DNA of 64,000 bases from Octopus vulgaris. Its lineage: Eukaryota. A program made the position numbers and the translations under genes. The notes below the pieces were generated by a model. It saw nothing but the letters and a program-made list of their open reading frames with translations, searched no databases and was not told the origin of the DNA. The stretch's first letter is position 1. Each line of letters starts with the position of its first letter. This document shows positions 26,487 through 39,390 of this stretch, piece after piece. The DNA lies in NCBI GenBank assembly GCA_951406725.2, contig OX597814.1, positions 208,940,001 through 209,004,000 of the forward strand, given 5' to 3'.

Positions 26487-26965
26487 TTATTTCTTTATTG
26501 CCCACAGGGGGCTAAACATAGAGGGGACAAACAAGGACAGACAAAAGGATTAAGTCGATTACGTCGACCCCCAGTGTGTAACTGGTACTTATTTAAGGCG
26601 GTGAGCTGGCAGAAACGTTAGCACGCCGGGCGAAATGCTTAGCGGTATTTCGTCTGCTGTTACGTTGTGAGTTCAAATTCCGCCGAGGTCGGCTTTGCCT
26701 TTCATCCTTTCGGGCTCGATAAATTAAGTACCAGTTACGCACTGGGGTCGATGTAATCGACTTAATACCTATGTCTGTCCTTGTTTGTCCCCTCTGTGTT
26801 TAGCCCCTTGTGAGTAATAAAGAAATAGGTACTTATTTAATCGACCCCGAAAGGATGAAAGGCAAAGTCGACCTCGGTGGAATTTGAACTCAGAGCATAA
26901 TGGCAGACGAAATACCGCTCGGCAGTTCCCCCGGCCTGCTAACGATTGTGCCAGTTCGCTGCCCT
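26487..26965 (-). mobile_element. SINE family B split by a second family-B copy
   Basis: Minus copy 26487-26596 and 26828-26965; ACCAATATT on both sides. Confidence 0.85.
26596..26827 (+). mobile_element. SINE family B nested in the opposite-strand copy
   Basis: TSD GGTACTTATTTAA at 26584 and 26828. Confidence 0.9.
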
Positions 26966-27338
26966 ATACTAAGACCAATATTGTATATGATAGGAGCTGT
27001 TGTATGGTATGGCTTTATTGCAGTCATGGGCACACTACTAATGATGGCACACCTCATTAAAAATTACCTTAAATTTTTTTTAGTTGTGCAGCCTGCCCAT
27101 TCTTGTTTTCCTGTCTAGAAACTTTAGAGCCATCCCAGCAAATTAAAGTGACACTTTTTAATTTTACAATGTGACCTGAGATTCCTACAGAAGTAAACTG
27201 CTGTCTTTTTCTTTCTCTTTCTCAATGGTATTTTATTTAACCTGAAAAAGGAAGTGTTTATATACCTCAGTGTATGGAGTTTCTTCCCCACTACTTCTGA
27301 TGTCATATGGCTTGGTCAGCACTGATTGTATAGATCTA

Positions 27339-27721
27339 CTAGCAGTATCGCCCGGCGTTGCTCGGGTTTGCTTCAACCCTTTAGAATTGGAATTTTTGAA
27401 AAGTAAACATTTTGCATTATGTAGCTCTTTAAGTGAACATTTTTCTGGTTGAAATACACTGAAAAATGGCGACACAGCAGTAAAAAAATCGTAAAAAAAT
27501 AGGGATTTTCATAGAAAAAAAAAGCACCTTTTTGATGTAAATAACTTTTGGTGTTAACATGGTCTGATTTGAATTTTTTCTTCTACGGAAGGAAGAGCAA
27601 GCCTTCTATCATAATCTCAATTTTGGTCAACTTGCGCTGCAGGGTCTTGGAGGAGATAGTGTTAGTTGAAGGCTAACAAACCTGCCATACACAGACAACT
27701 TCAGCTTTATATATAGAGAGA
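27339..27721 (-). mobile_element. Non-autonomous Helitron, second subfamily
   Basis: Same 3' ~30 bp (AAACCCGAGCAACGCCGGGCGATACTGCTAG) as the 8927 copy; TC 5' end; different body. Confidence 0.8.
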
Positions 27722-27788
27722 TGAGGAAGTATTTATGCCATGACTAACTAGCTTTTGTTCAGTCATAATGTAACCAAGAGTATATTAA

Positions 27789-28008
27789 CCCTATTGATAC
27801 CAACCTGCCTGACACTGCCTCTGATTCTATGACATAAATTTACTCATTTTAAGTGGTCTAAATTACAATCTTCTATTAAAATTTTATGCTAATTTGTTCC
27901 AAACCCCAGCTTAATAATGGAAAAGTCATTTTATGAAATACTTCATTGTTTTAAAAATTAATTGAAACAAAATCACCGTATGTTGACAGAAATATGGTAA
28001 CAAAAAAT
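27789..28008 (+). mobile_element. piggyBac-like MITE, diverged
   Basis: TTAA-CCC start; homologous to 52260-52638. Confidence 0.6.
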
Positions 28009-29034
28009 TTAATGAAAATGCTTCTTTTTTTTTAAGATAGAAGGGTGTGATTTGAGGGAATTTAGGCTACTACTTTTACTAGAAGTAGTAGCCAAAATTC
28101 TTTATTAAGTTTGTGTATGTAGTCCCAGTTCTGGCTTTGTCTGAGACACTGATGACCAAAGGCATTCCAGTAATGCTTTTATTTGAACACAAGGCATCTA
28201 AGACTACATTATCCTGTGTTCTTTTATTTTCTTTTTTTAAGGAAGGTAAGGTACAATTTGTGGGGGTAGAGTCGGATGCTAATTCTAGAAGGCTGGAGTG
28301 ACTGCATAGAACAAAACTCTTCTATTATTGGCTCGTCACAAGACTTGTTTAAAACGGTGAATAAAAACCAGATGCAATTTTTTTTTTTTTTAACAATCAA
28401 TAATAGACATTGAAAAAAAAACAAAAAAAAACAAATAAGACCAACCTCCACCACCACCACCACCATCACCACCACCATCAACACCACCACCACCACACCA
28501 CCACCACTGCTTCTGCCACATGAGTTGAATGATAACCTCATATACAGCTATGTAACTTGAGATTTGAAAATCATGGCTAAATAAATGACAATTTTTTTTT
28601 TATTTTTATAAAGAGTTCATAAAATATGACATTCATCTTGGTGTTTGTATGCATTGTTGTTGTTATTGTTAGTGTTATATAATTTTGTTTGCAACAACAA
28701 TAATGAAAATAACTATTTTATTTTTTTAAAAATATTTTTTCAAAAAATAATGATTGTAACAATGATTTACACGTTTTTAAAATAAATCCCCCACCGTCTT
28801 TTGTTTTTGTGTTGTCTTAAATGTTTTTTGTGGCCCCTGTGGCCAATAAACAGAGAATTATTATTATTATTATAGGCGCAGGAGTGGCTGTGTGGTAAGT
28901 AGCTTGCTAACCAACCACATGGTTCCAGGTTCAGTCCCACTGTGTGGAATCTTGGGCAAGTGTCTTCTACTATAGCCCCGGGCCGACCAATGCCTTGTGA
29001 GTGGATTTGGTAGGCAGAAACTGAAAGAAGCCTG

Positions 29035-29075
<41 letters not shown>

Positions 29076-29370
29076 TGTATATCATCATCATCATCATCGT
29101 CGTTTAACGTCCGTTCTCCATGCTAGCATGGGTTGGACGGTTCGACCGGGGTTCTGGGAAGCCAGAAGGCTGCACCAGGCTCCAGTCTAATCTGGCAATG
29201 TTTCTACAGCTGGATGCCCTTCCTAACGCCAACCACTCCGTGAGTGTAGTGGGTGCTTTTTACGTGCCACCTGCACAGGTGCCAGGCGGGGCTGGCAACG
29301 GCCACGGTCAGATTGGTGTATTTTATGTGCCACCGGCACGGAAGCCAGTCGAGGCGGTGCTGGCATCGGC

Positions 29371-29810
29371 CACGAGTCGGATAGTGCTTTTACGTACCAC
29401 CAGACCAGGGATCCTGGCTGGTTCAATTCGATTTCGATTTCGCTTGCCCCAACATGTCTTCACAAGCAAAGGGGTTGGCAAGGGTGCCTGTCATACGGTC
29501 GCATTGGAGTATTTTACGTGCCACGGCCACGAGTCGGATAGTGCTTTTACGTACCACCAGACCAGGGATCCTGGCTGGTTCAATTCGATTTCGATTTCGC
29601 TTGCCCCAACATGTCTTCACAAGCAAAGGGGTTGGCATGGGTGCCTGTCGTACGGTCGCATTGGAGTATTTTACGTGCCACGGCCACGAGTCGGATAGTG
29701 CTTTTTACGTACCACCAGGCCAGGGATCCTGGCTGGTTCAATTCGGTTTCGATTTCGCTTGCCCCAACATGTCTTCGCAAGCATGGGGGGTTGGCATGGG
29801 TGTCTGTCGT
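29371..29810. repeat. 157-bp tandem repeat (~2.8 copies) in the RTE 3' UTR
   Basis: CACGAGTCGGATAG at 29371, 29528 and 29685. Confidence 0.92.
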
Positions 29811-29893
29811 CGGATGAGGTTCTATATCGACTTCGCTTGCCTCAACCGGTCTTTGTGTCCAAGGGAGGAAAGGCATTCATAAGTGGGCTGGGC

Positions 29894-31280
29894 TCACTTG
29901 TCCTGCCTGGTCTTCTCACGTACAGAATATTTCCAAAGGTCTCGGTCTCTGGTCATTTCCTCAGTGAGGCCTAAAGTTCGAAGGTCGTGCTTCACCACCT
30001 CGTCCCAGGTTTTCCTGGGTCTACCTCTTCCACGGGTTCCCTCAACTGCTAGGGATTGGCACTTTCTCACACACCTATCTTCATCCATTCTTGCCACATG
30101 ACCATACCAGTGCAATCGTCTCTCTTGCACACCACAACTGATGCTTCTTAGGTACAACATTTCTCTCAAGGTGCTAACGCTCTGTCGAGTATGTACACTG
30201 ACATTACACATCCATCGGAGCATACTGGCTTCATTCCTCACGAGCTTACGCATGTCCTCAGCAGTCACGGCCCATGTTTCGCTGCCATGTAGCATGGCTG
30301 TTCGTACACACGCATCATACAGTCTGCCTTTTACTCTGAGCGAGAGGCCTTTAGTCACCAGCAGAGGTAAGAGCTCCCTAAACTTTGCCCAGGCTATTCT
30401 TATTCTAGCAGTTACACTTTCAGCGCACCCACCCCCACTACTGACTTGGTCACCTAGATAACGGAAGCTATCAACTACTTCTAGTTTTTCCCCCTGGAAA
30501 GTGACGGAAGTTGTTTTCTGCAGATTTTCGGAGGTTAATGCTCCCGAGCATCTGCCACATACAAAAACTATCTTCCCAGTTAGCCTACCTTTGACATTGC
30601 TGCACCTCTTATGTGTCCATAGCTTACACTGGGTACATCTTATAGAGTTTCTACCTACACCTTTTCTACAGATCGAGCAGGGCCATCTTCCTGAAGATAT
30701 TTGTGGATTGTCTACCTTTCTACTTATTAGTACTGTGGTTTTAGCTAGGTTGACTCTAAGGCCCCTTGATTCTAAACCCTCCTTCCACACCTGGAACTTC
30801 TCCTCCAGTTCTGATAGTGACTCAGCAATAAGAGCAAGGTCGTCAGCGTAGAGGAGCTCCCAGGGACAGCCTGTCTTGAATTCCTCCGTAATTGCCTGGA
30901 GTACTATGATAAATAGGAGGGGGCTGAGTACTGAACCCTAGTGGAGCCCAACCTCTACTTTGAATTCTTCTGTGTACATGTTGCCAACCCTAACCTTACT
31001 TACGGCATCTCTGTACATGGCTTGCACAGTCCTCACCAGCCATTCATCTATCCCTAGTTTCCTCATTGACCACCAGATAAGGGATCGGGGGACCCTATCA
31101 AAAGCTTTCTCCATGTCAACGAAAGCCAGGTACAGGGGCTTATCTTTGGCTAGGTATTTCTCCTGCAGCTGCCTTACCAGGAATATAGCATCAGTGGTAC
31201 TTTTCCCTGGCACGAACCCAAACTGCATCTCATCTAAACTAACTCTCTCTCTAATTAGTTGGGCTATGACCCTCTCCGTA
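29894..31280 (-). pseudogene. RTE reverse transcriptase (partial) with PHD-like finger; one premature stop
   Basis: Motifs QFGF, FVDMEKAFD, GLH*GSVLSPLLF (TAG at 30938-30940), LLYADDL, FRYLG, RGRPRKTW; frame continuous across the stop. Confidence 0.92.
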
Positions 31281-31395
<115 letters not shown>

Positions 31396-31642
31396 TGTGT
31401 GTATTTGTGTGTCTGTGTTTGTACCCCTAGCATTGCTTGACAACCGATGCTGGTGTGTTTACGTCCCCATCACTTAGCGGTTCGGCAAAAAGAGACCGAT
31501 AGAATAAGTACTGGGCTTACAAAGAATAAGTCCCGGGGTCGATTTGCTCGACTAAAGGCGGTGCTCCAGCATGGCCGCAGTCAAATGACTGAAACAAGTA
31601 AAAGATAAAAGAAAAGATAAAGATATTCGATTAGTGTCAAGT

Positions 31643-31860
31643 GGCAGGCAAGCTGGCAGAATCGTTAACACACCAGACCAAATGCTTAACAGAATTTCGT
31701 TCAACTTTTGCATTCTGAATTCAAATTCTATCGAGGTTGACTTTGCCTTCATCCTTTCAGAGTTGATGAAGTAAGTACCAGTTAAGCACTGGGGTCGATT
31801 TAATCAACTAGACCCCACCACCCCAGATTTCAGGCCTTGTGTCTATAATAGAAAGGACTA
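31643..31860 (+). mobile_element. Older, diverged SINE family B relative
   Basis: GGCAAGCTGGCAGAATCG head and GCCTTCATCCTTTC core. Confidence 0.7.
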
Positions 31861-33169
31861 TTAAATCAGTGTGTTTGTGCACTGTGGTCTGTCTTCACAG
31901 TCTTCTACACGTTATTCTGTTACTCTCTTACTTCTTTCAGTCATTGGACTGCGGTCATGCTGGAGCACTGCCCTGGAGAGTTAAGTCAATCAAATCCTCT
32001 GCAGTACTTATTTCACATCTGATATTTTTTTCTATCAATCCTCTTTTGCTGAACTACTAAGTTACAGGGATGTACACAAACTAATACCACTTGACGTGAG
32101 AAAAAGACTAAGAAGTACACATACACACACTCATGCATGTACATATAGATATTTACTCCCATTTTTATATGTCTGTTAGTCTGTCTCTTTCTCTCATTCA
32201 CTCTGTCTCTCTCCCTCCACCTCCCCTCTATCTATCTATTTATCTATGCACCCGTGCACACACACACACACCTTTCTGATCATCCAGAGTCATTCCACTT
32301 GATATCTCTTTTCATTCTTAATACTGTCCCTCTCCATCCACATTTTACATTGATTGCCCTTCTTTGCCACCAAATTATATCTCTCCTTCTGCATCACGAT
32401 GCACTTCCCCTATGTCCTATGTTTTCCTCTCCCCTCATACTCTTGCAACCAAACATCATCTCTCATACTTCCCCTGTCTACTGTATCATTTTTACTGTTT
32501 TGCTGCCTTTTACTCTTTCTATACTGTTAGTCATTTCCCACTCTCCCCTCACCTTCCTTTGATTTGTATGTATTATTGATCATCTTTACTCCTTATTGAC
32601 CATTCACTACATCCACCCTTCAACCCTACCCAATCTCTACGGTCATCACCTACCCTTCTTTGTCTTCCCTCCACTGTATACTTATCCCACAACATTTGTT
32701 CTTCATTCATTGTATTCACCTATTCCTCACCTCTAGCCATTTCTCACTCTCCCCTCCTCCCATACACTCTTGCATCCTCTATCTGCATGCATTCCCTGTT
32801 CTTTTGTCCCCACTCATGTCTTCTCATCTTCTACCTCCCTGAAACTGCATCACAACTATCTATGCCCTGCTTACTCCCACTCTCCCTTGCTCAGTGTGAG
32901 GAGCTGTATAGTTCTTCTACAGCAAGAAACCTGTTCTGTTTTGGCTCCTTCTCATCACCTAGCATAAAGCTGCCTTCATCTCTACTGTAATCCCATCTAA
33001 TTGAAGGTGATCTTACCACATGGTGACTTCACTAGTGCTGGTGCCACACAAAAAGCACCCTGTATATTCTGTAAAGTGATTCATATTAGGATGGGTATCC
33101 AACCAGAGAAACCATGCCAATGCAGACATTGGTGCATTTGCAGTCCTTGGACCTGTCACATCCCTTTAA

Positions 33170-33622
33170 CCCTTTAGTGTTTAAACCGGCCATATCAGGC
33201 CAAAATTGTCTTCCTGTTTTATTCTCAAACCAGCCAGCTCTGACCTCTCACACCTACCCTACAAAGTCATTCTAAAAATAAACAGGGACATCATCAATAT
33301 CCCAGAGTTACAAGATGCTGAACAATTAATTTAGGGGCACTGATATTTTGTCGTATATTTGGCCGTTTGCCAGCCTCGTCTGGCACCTGTGCAGGTGGCA
33401 CATAAAAAGCACCCACTACACTCTCGGAGTGGTTGGCGTTAGGAAGGGCATCCAGCTGTAGAAACACTGCCAGATCAGACTGGGCCTGGCACAGCCTCCT
33501 GGCTTCCCAGACCCCAGATGAACCATCCAACCCATGCTAGCATTGAAAATGGACGTTAAACGATGATGATGATGTAATTAAACAGGCTTTACATTTGACA
33601 GAGTAATCTGAATGATAAAGGG
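33170..33622 (+). mobile_element. piggyBac-like MITE (second family) interrupted by an RTE 3' fragment (33360-33573)
   Basis: TTAACCCTTTAG start and TAAAGGGTCAA end; relatives at ~7540-7704, 58508-58730 (minus) and 59272-59493. Confidence 0.6.
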
Positions 33623-34215
33623 TCAAACTGTCCAGCCTGTGCCAGCATGGAGTAAGGATGTTGAAAGAGATGGTGATGGTGATTATATATGTGCGCATAT
33701 GTATAGGGACACAGATCCTGTTTTCTTGTACTTGTATAGCTCATGTGTCAATACACACATACATGGCTTTGTGGTAAGGAGTTTGCTTTCTAATCATATG
33801 GCTCTGGGTTCAGTCCCACTGCATAGTGTCTAGAGCAAGTGTCTTCTACTATAGCCCCAGGCTGACCAAAGCTCTGTGACTGAATTTGGTAGATGGAAAC
33901 TGAAATGAGCCCATTGTATATATATATATATATCTATGTCTGTTTGCATATCTGTGTACTTGTGTACTTGAACATCACATGATAGTTGTAAATGAGTGCC
34001 ACTGTCATGTAGGCAGTGTCCTTTATTTCCAATATTCTTGGGAACATGTCTGGCCTGAGGGAAATAATGCCTTGCTTGGAAACAGGAGTGGGGCATCTGA
34101 CCATAGAAAATATGTCGCAAATAAACTCTGACTCATGCAAGCTTGGAACACTGGACATCAAAACAATGATGCTGATACACCTATATGCAGATTTGTGTAT
34201 ACATATATCTATAAT

Positions 34216-34430
34216 TTCTTTATATATATATATAAAGGGAAAGTTTACGAAAAAAAAAAACAAAAGACGAAGACAGGTGGTGTACAAAACAAACAGATGT
34301 ATTAGTATAGCGCTCAGGAATAGAAAAAGTCTTTTACGTTTCGAGCCTACGCTCTTCTACAGAAAGGTATACAGAAAAAACAAGGAGAGAAACAAAGAGA
34401 GAAAAAAAATGTGTGTAGTGGCTAACGATG
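34216..34430 (-). mobile_element. PLE-like terminal fragment abutting (TA)n
   Basis: Near-identical to 52826-53060; carries a minimal HHR-like motif. Confidence 0.65.
34331..34366 (-). ncRNA. Minimal type I hammerhead-like motif, non-canonical core
   Basis: CTTT-CTGTAGAA-GAGC-GTAG-GCTC-GAAA-CG-TA-AAAG; stems I and II pair perfectly. Confidence 0.6.
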
Positions 34431-35744
34431 TGCGTACTCATTTACATAGGTTTTTTTTACACATAGATGTGCTTGTATAAATTTGTGTGTGTACAGAGTA
34501 CTTCCTGTATGATAAATGTCTAATTAAGTGCAGGTTCCCATATTTTAGACGAACCATAAATAGTTTTTAATAAACTGAAATTATCTCCTAAAAGGGAAGA
34601 AAAGTCATGAGGGTTATTGAATGTTATCCTCAGTGGGGGCAAGGGAAAGAACTACTTAAGCTTCAGTCATCCCAAAATGAAATGGAGACATGCAAGGGAG
34701 TTCGGAGAATAGATCTGATTTTAGGCAAACATGATGACGACTGTTGACATGTTTCAATCTAACTGGACCTTGTCAGCCAACAAACTTCACTCAATGGTTG
34801 CCAAGTTTTAAGGCTGACTGAAATTCTGGTTGCTTTCTATTTCCATTGTTCAGGAAATAAATTCTCATGTCAGTGCCTTTTTCTATTGTTTTTCTTCTTC
34901 TTTTTTTTGCTTCTTCTCATTTTAAAGTAGTTAGTTCTTTTCTACACAAATTACATTATGTATTCGACATTAGAAACCTTGTGTTTCTATTTTGAACTCT
35001 TTGTTGCCTGCCAACAAAAGCTATGGCAAAATTAGCCTCCCGTTTCACTCTGATATTCTTAATTCTGGACTACCCCACTCACCAGAACCCTAAATATTTC
35101 TCTTTCTTTCCATTCTCATCGATTTTGAGGTATGTTGGTGAAAATTACCAAATTATTCAATTTTCTATATATTTCCCTATTGAAACCAATTTTTTTTTTT
35201 AAAGAAACATCTTTAATCATTTGTGTTTATTTTTTCAGTTAACTCATTGTTGTCTTCATAACATCATCTCTTAACTTCATCAATTATTTGTTTGTTGTAG
35301 CAATAGTCCAACACACCATTTCACCTTTTTTTTAGTAATTCCTTTTCTTTCCTTGCTTCTATTTTGTTACACATTATTTTTTTTTTTGTTACTGTGGTAA
35401 TTATAAAAGTGCAACGGACAGATAACAAAAGCATTTGTCTTATTTATATCTGCATTTGTATGTGTGTGTGTGTGTGTGTGTCCATCCACTCCCTAGTACC
35501 ACTGCAAACATGAAAAAAAAATGAGTGTAAACTGATGACATTGGTGATGATGATAATATATCTTTATATAGACACAAATGCTATGCGACACTCAATTTGA
35601 ATGCATTTAATTTTAAAGGATAAATGCACAAAACAAAATGCGGAATATGACAAAACAATGTTCCAGGGAAATACTGAAGAACTTTTCACATTTACTTGCC
35701 AACAAACTATATTATTAGCCCACAAATGCCCTTTCTTCTCTTTT

Positions 35745-35964
35745 ACTACTACTACTACTACAACCACCACCACCATGACCACACCCACGACTCCCCACCC
35801 ACACCCACGACCACCCACCATGACCACGAACCCCCACTACTACTACTAATACCACCACCACCACAACCACCACCACTACCACAACCACAACCACGACCCC
35901 CCCCCACAACCATGACCACAAACCCCCACTACTACTACTACTACCACCACCACCACCACCACCA

Positions 35965-35998
<34 letters not shown>

Positions 35999-36165
35999 AA
36001 CCACGACCACCACGACCCCCCACCCACAACCACGACCACCCACCATGACCACGAACCCCCACTACTACTACTACCACCACCACAACCACCCCCCACAACC
36101 ACGACCACAGACCCCCACTACTACTACCACCACCACCACCACCACCACCACCACTACTACTACTT
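35745..36165. repeat. Compound (CTA)n/(CCA)n minisatellite
   Basis: Recurring CCATGACCACGAACCCCCACTAC units; related block at 37990-38335. Confidence 0.85.
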
Positions 36166-36308
36166 CTCACCCAATAGACCTGTTTCTCTATTCTTTTTCA
36201 CATCTTTGCCAATCCTTTTGTCCAATCCTTCTTTAAACTCCAGAGTTTCTATGACTGGATTGTCTTCCTTTCACTGACCCTCACTTATATATATATATAT
36301 ATAGATAT

Positions 36309-36535
36309 ATATATAATATTAATTAGAGACATGAAACAATTGTAGTGGCGAATATAATTTTATTTAATTTATATTAAAATTTTTTTATGTATTGGCTTAA
36401 GTCTTTCTTTGTTTGATTTGCAAAATAGTGGTTTTGTCTCTAATTAATATTATATATTATTTTACTATAAAATTGGATTCAATCCTAAATCTGATTTTCC
36501 CTGTAAATTTGGATTTATTCCCTAATATTTATTAT

Positions 36536-36538
<3 letters not shown>
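36309..36538 (+). mobile_element. Short PLE-like terminus (23-bp inverted arm plus ~80-nt tail) in (TA)n
   Basis: ATATATAATATTAATTAGAGACA inverted at 36435-36457; HHR 3' half GAAACAATTGTA at 36333. Confidence 0.6.
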
Positions 36539-36585
<47 letters not shown>

Positions 36586-37088
36586 GTCTATATAAGTCTC
36601 TATTGACCAAATCCACTCACTTGCCCAGTGGAACTGAACCTGGAACTACGTGGTCGAGAAGAAGCAAGCTTCTTACCACACAAACCACACCTGTGCCTAT
36701 ATATATATATGTGTGTGTATATAATCTACATACATAGTCACACACTTGCACACCCATCCAACCCACCCACCCACACACACACACAAAACATATGTCAAAA
36801 TTTAGCAAGCTAATTGATATCTCAGGAAATTATAATAACAACTAAGATAAATTAAATCAAAAAACAAAAAAAGAAAAAAGTAGTAGAGAAACAGTATTGA
36901 ACAGAAACAGTCATAACTATCATTGAAATAGTTCCTTTGCATTGGAAACTCATAGTTCACCACTTTTCAATTCCCATTGTGACAAAAAAAAACAAACAAA
37001 ACATTACATTATTACGTAAAAAAAAACGAGGGACAGAGAGAAGAACAGAGAAATAGACATTGTTTTTTTTCTTATACAGAAAAGATAC

Positions 37089-37092
<4 letters not shown>

Positions 37093-37128
<36 letters not shown>

Positions 37129-37252
37129 ACACACATTCATATGTTTATGTATTTGTGCACACATACACACACACACACACACATGTGTTTATGTATTTGT
37201 GCACACATACACACACACACACACACACACATTCATGTGTCTATGTATTTGT

Positions 37253-37292
<40 letters not shown>

Positions 37293-37313
37293 TCATGTGT
37301 TTATGTATTTGTG

Positions 37314-37356
<43 letters not shown>

Positions 37357-37379
37357 ATTCATGTGTTTATGTATTTGTG

Positions 37380-37418
<39 letters not shown>

Positions 37419-37615
37419 TCATGTGTTTATGTATTTGTGCACACATACACATGCACACACACACACACACACACACACATTCATGTGTTTATGTATTTGT
37501 GCACACATACACATGCACACACACACACACACACACACACATTCATGTGTTTATGTATTTGTGCACACATACACACACACACACACTCACACATTCATGT
37601 GTTTATGTATTTGTG

Positions 37616-37647
<32 letters not shown>

Positions 37648-37668
37648 TTCATGTGTTTATGTATTTGT

Positions 37669-37704
<36 letters not shown>

Positions 37705-37745
37705 GTTTATGTATTTGTGCACACATACATACACATACACACACG
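37093..37745. repeat. Minisatellite: ~11 copies of a fixed ~25-nt core separated by (CA)n
   Basis: CATGTGTTTATGTATTTGTGCACAC recurs about every 50-65 nt. Confidence 0.92.
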
Positions 37746-37989
37746 CGCACATGCGTGCATGCGTTCGAACACGTGTGCACATAGGCATATTTTCACAACA
37801 CCTAGACATTTATGCCTATAAGTGAATTAATAAGGTAAAAATACAGTTTTTTTTTTTTTTTTTTTACTTTTACGTGTTCCTGTCTACTGAGAAGAACTAT
37901 TTTGGCATTTGTCCAACCATCACACTGCTACCACCACCACCAGCAACAACACCACCACTTGCATTATCACCACCAGCATTAACAGAGAC

Positions 37990-37990
37990 A

Positions 37991-38036
<46 letters not shown>

Positions 38037-38335
38037 GCTACTACTACTACTACAACCACCACGACCACAACCACGACCCTCCCCACCACGACACCCCACC
38101 TACAACCATGACCACAAATCCCCAATACTACTACTACTACTACCACCACCACCACCACCACTACCACCACCACCACCACCACTGCCACCACCACCACCAC
38201 CACCACTACCACCACCACCACAACCACGACCCCCCACAAACCCCCACTACTACTACTACTACCACCCACCACCACCACGACTATTACTACTACTACTACC
38301 ACCACCACCACTACTGCTACTACTACTACTACCGA
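37990..38335. repeat. Compound (CTA)n/(CCA)n repeat
   Basis: Seen directly. Confidence 0.85.
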
Positions 38336-38824
38336 TGGTAGCAGAGTTTAGTTTCTTCTTCTGTAGTATAACTTGTCATTTCAGTCTCTTAGTTTTCAAC
38401 AATCACAGCATTAGGCCTTTGACACTTGTCTCTATCAATCACCTACTCCTTCTTCTTCTTCTTCTTCTTCTTTTCCTTCTTCTTGTCCTCAGCAAAGCAA
38501 AATAAATTCCCCCCCTCTCCTCCTCCTTTCACTTCCACCTATGCTCTCTCTCTCTCTCTCTCTGTCTGTACCTCTCTTCTCAACCACTTTTTCCTGTTTC
38601 ACATCTCACCTTGTAAAACTATATAAGCAACAAGACCATCACCAACAATGACAACAACAACAACAACAACAACAACAAAAATGTTACCATTCCTTGACTA
38701 CTGAAAAGGAAAGAAAAATTTGTTTCCCCCCCTCATATTTAAAAGAAGCCCTCCACGCTAGTGGATAGATCTTAACAAAATTCTGTAGTTTATCTTTTCT
38801 GACATTCTATTTGTCTCTGTTTCT

Positions 38825-38833
38825 ATGCATATA

Positions 38834-38886
<53 letters not shown>

Positions 38887-38993
38887 GCTTATATGTGTAT
38901 TTGTACGAATGAGTGTGTGTGCTGTGTTTATATATATATATATACACACATATATACATGTGTATATATATATATATATACATATACATATAC

Positions 38994-39055
<62 letters not shown>

Positions 39056-39058
39056 ATA

Positions 39059-39109
<51 letters not shown>

Positions 39110-39292
39110 GATACATATATATATATATATATATATATAGATACATATATATATATATATATATATGTATATAGATACATATATATACATATAGATACAT
39201 ATATATATATGTATATAGATACATATATATATATATATATGTATATATATACATATATATACATATAGATACATATATATATATGTATATAG

Positions 39293-39323
<31 letters not shown>

Positions 39324-39390
39324 GATACATATATATACATATAGATACATATATATATATGTATATAGATACATATACATACACACACAC
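38825..39390. repeat. (TA)n / TAGATACA-type microsatellite block
   Basis: Seen directly. Confidence 0.9.

Noticed and set aside
29120-29974. Plus-strand ORFs of 142-192 aa
   Set aside because: Antisense to the RTE 3' UTR tandem repeat; no recognisable domain
37093-37745. CRISPR-like array
   Set aside because: Spacers are (CA)n rather than unique sequence, no cas genes, eukaryotic context
35564-38505. Pro/His/Tyr/Thr-rich ORFs resembling structural proteins
   Set aside because: Open in several frames on both strands because of trinucleotide repeats; no splice or codon evidence
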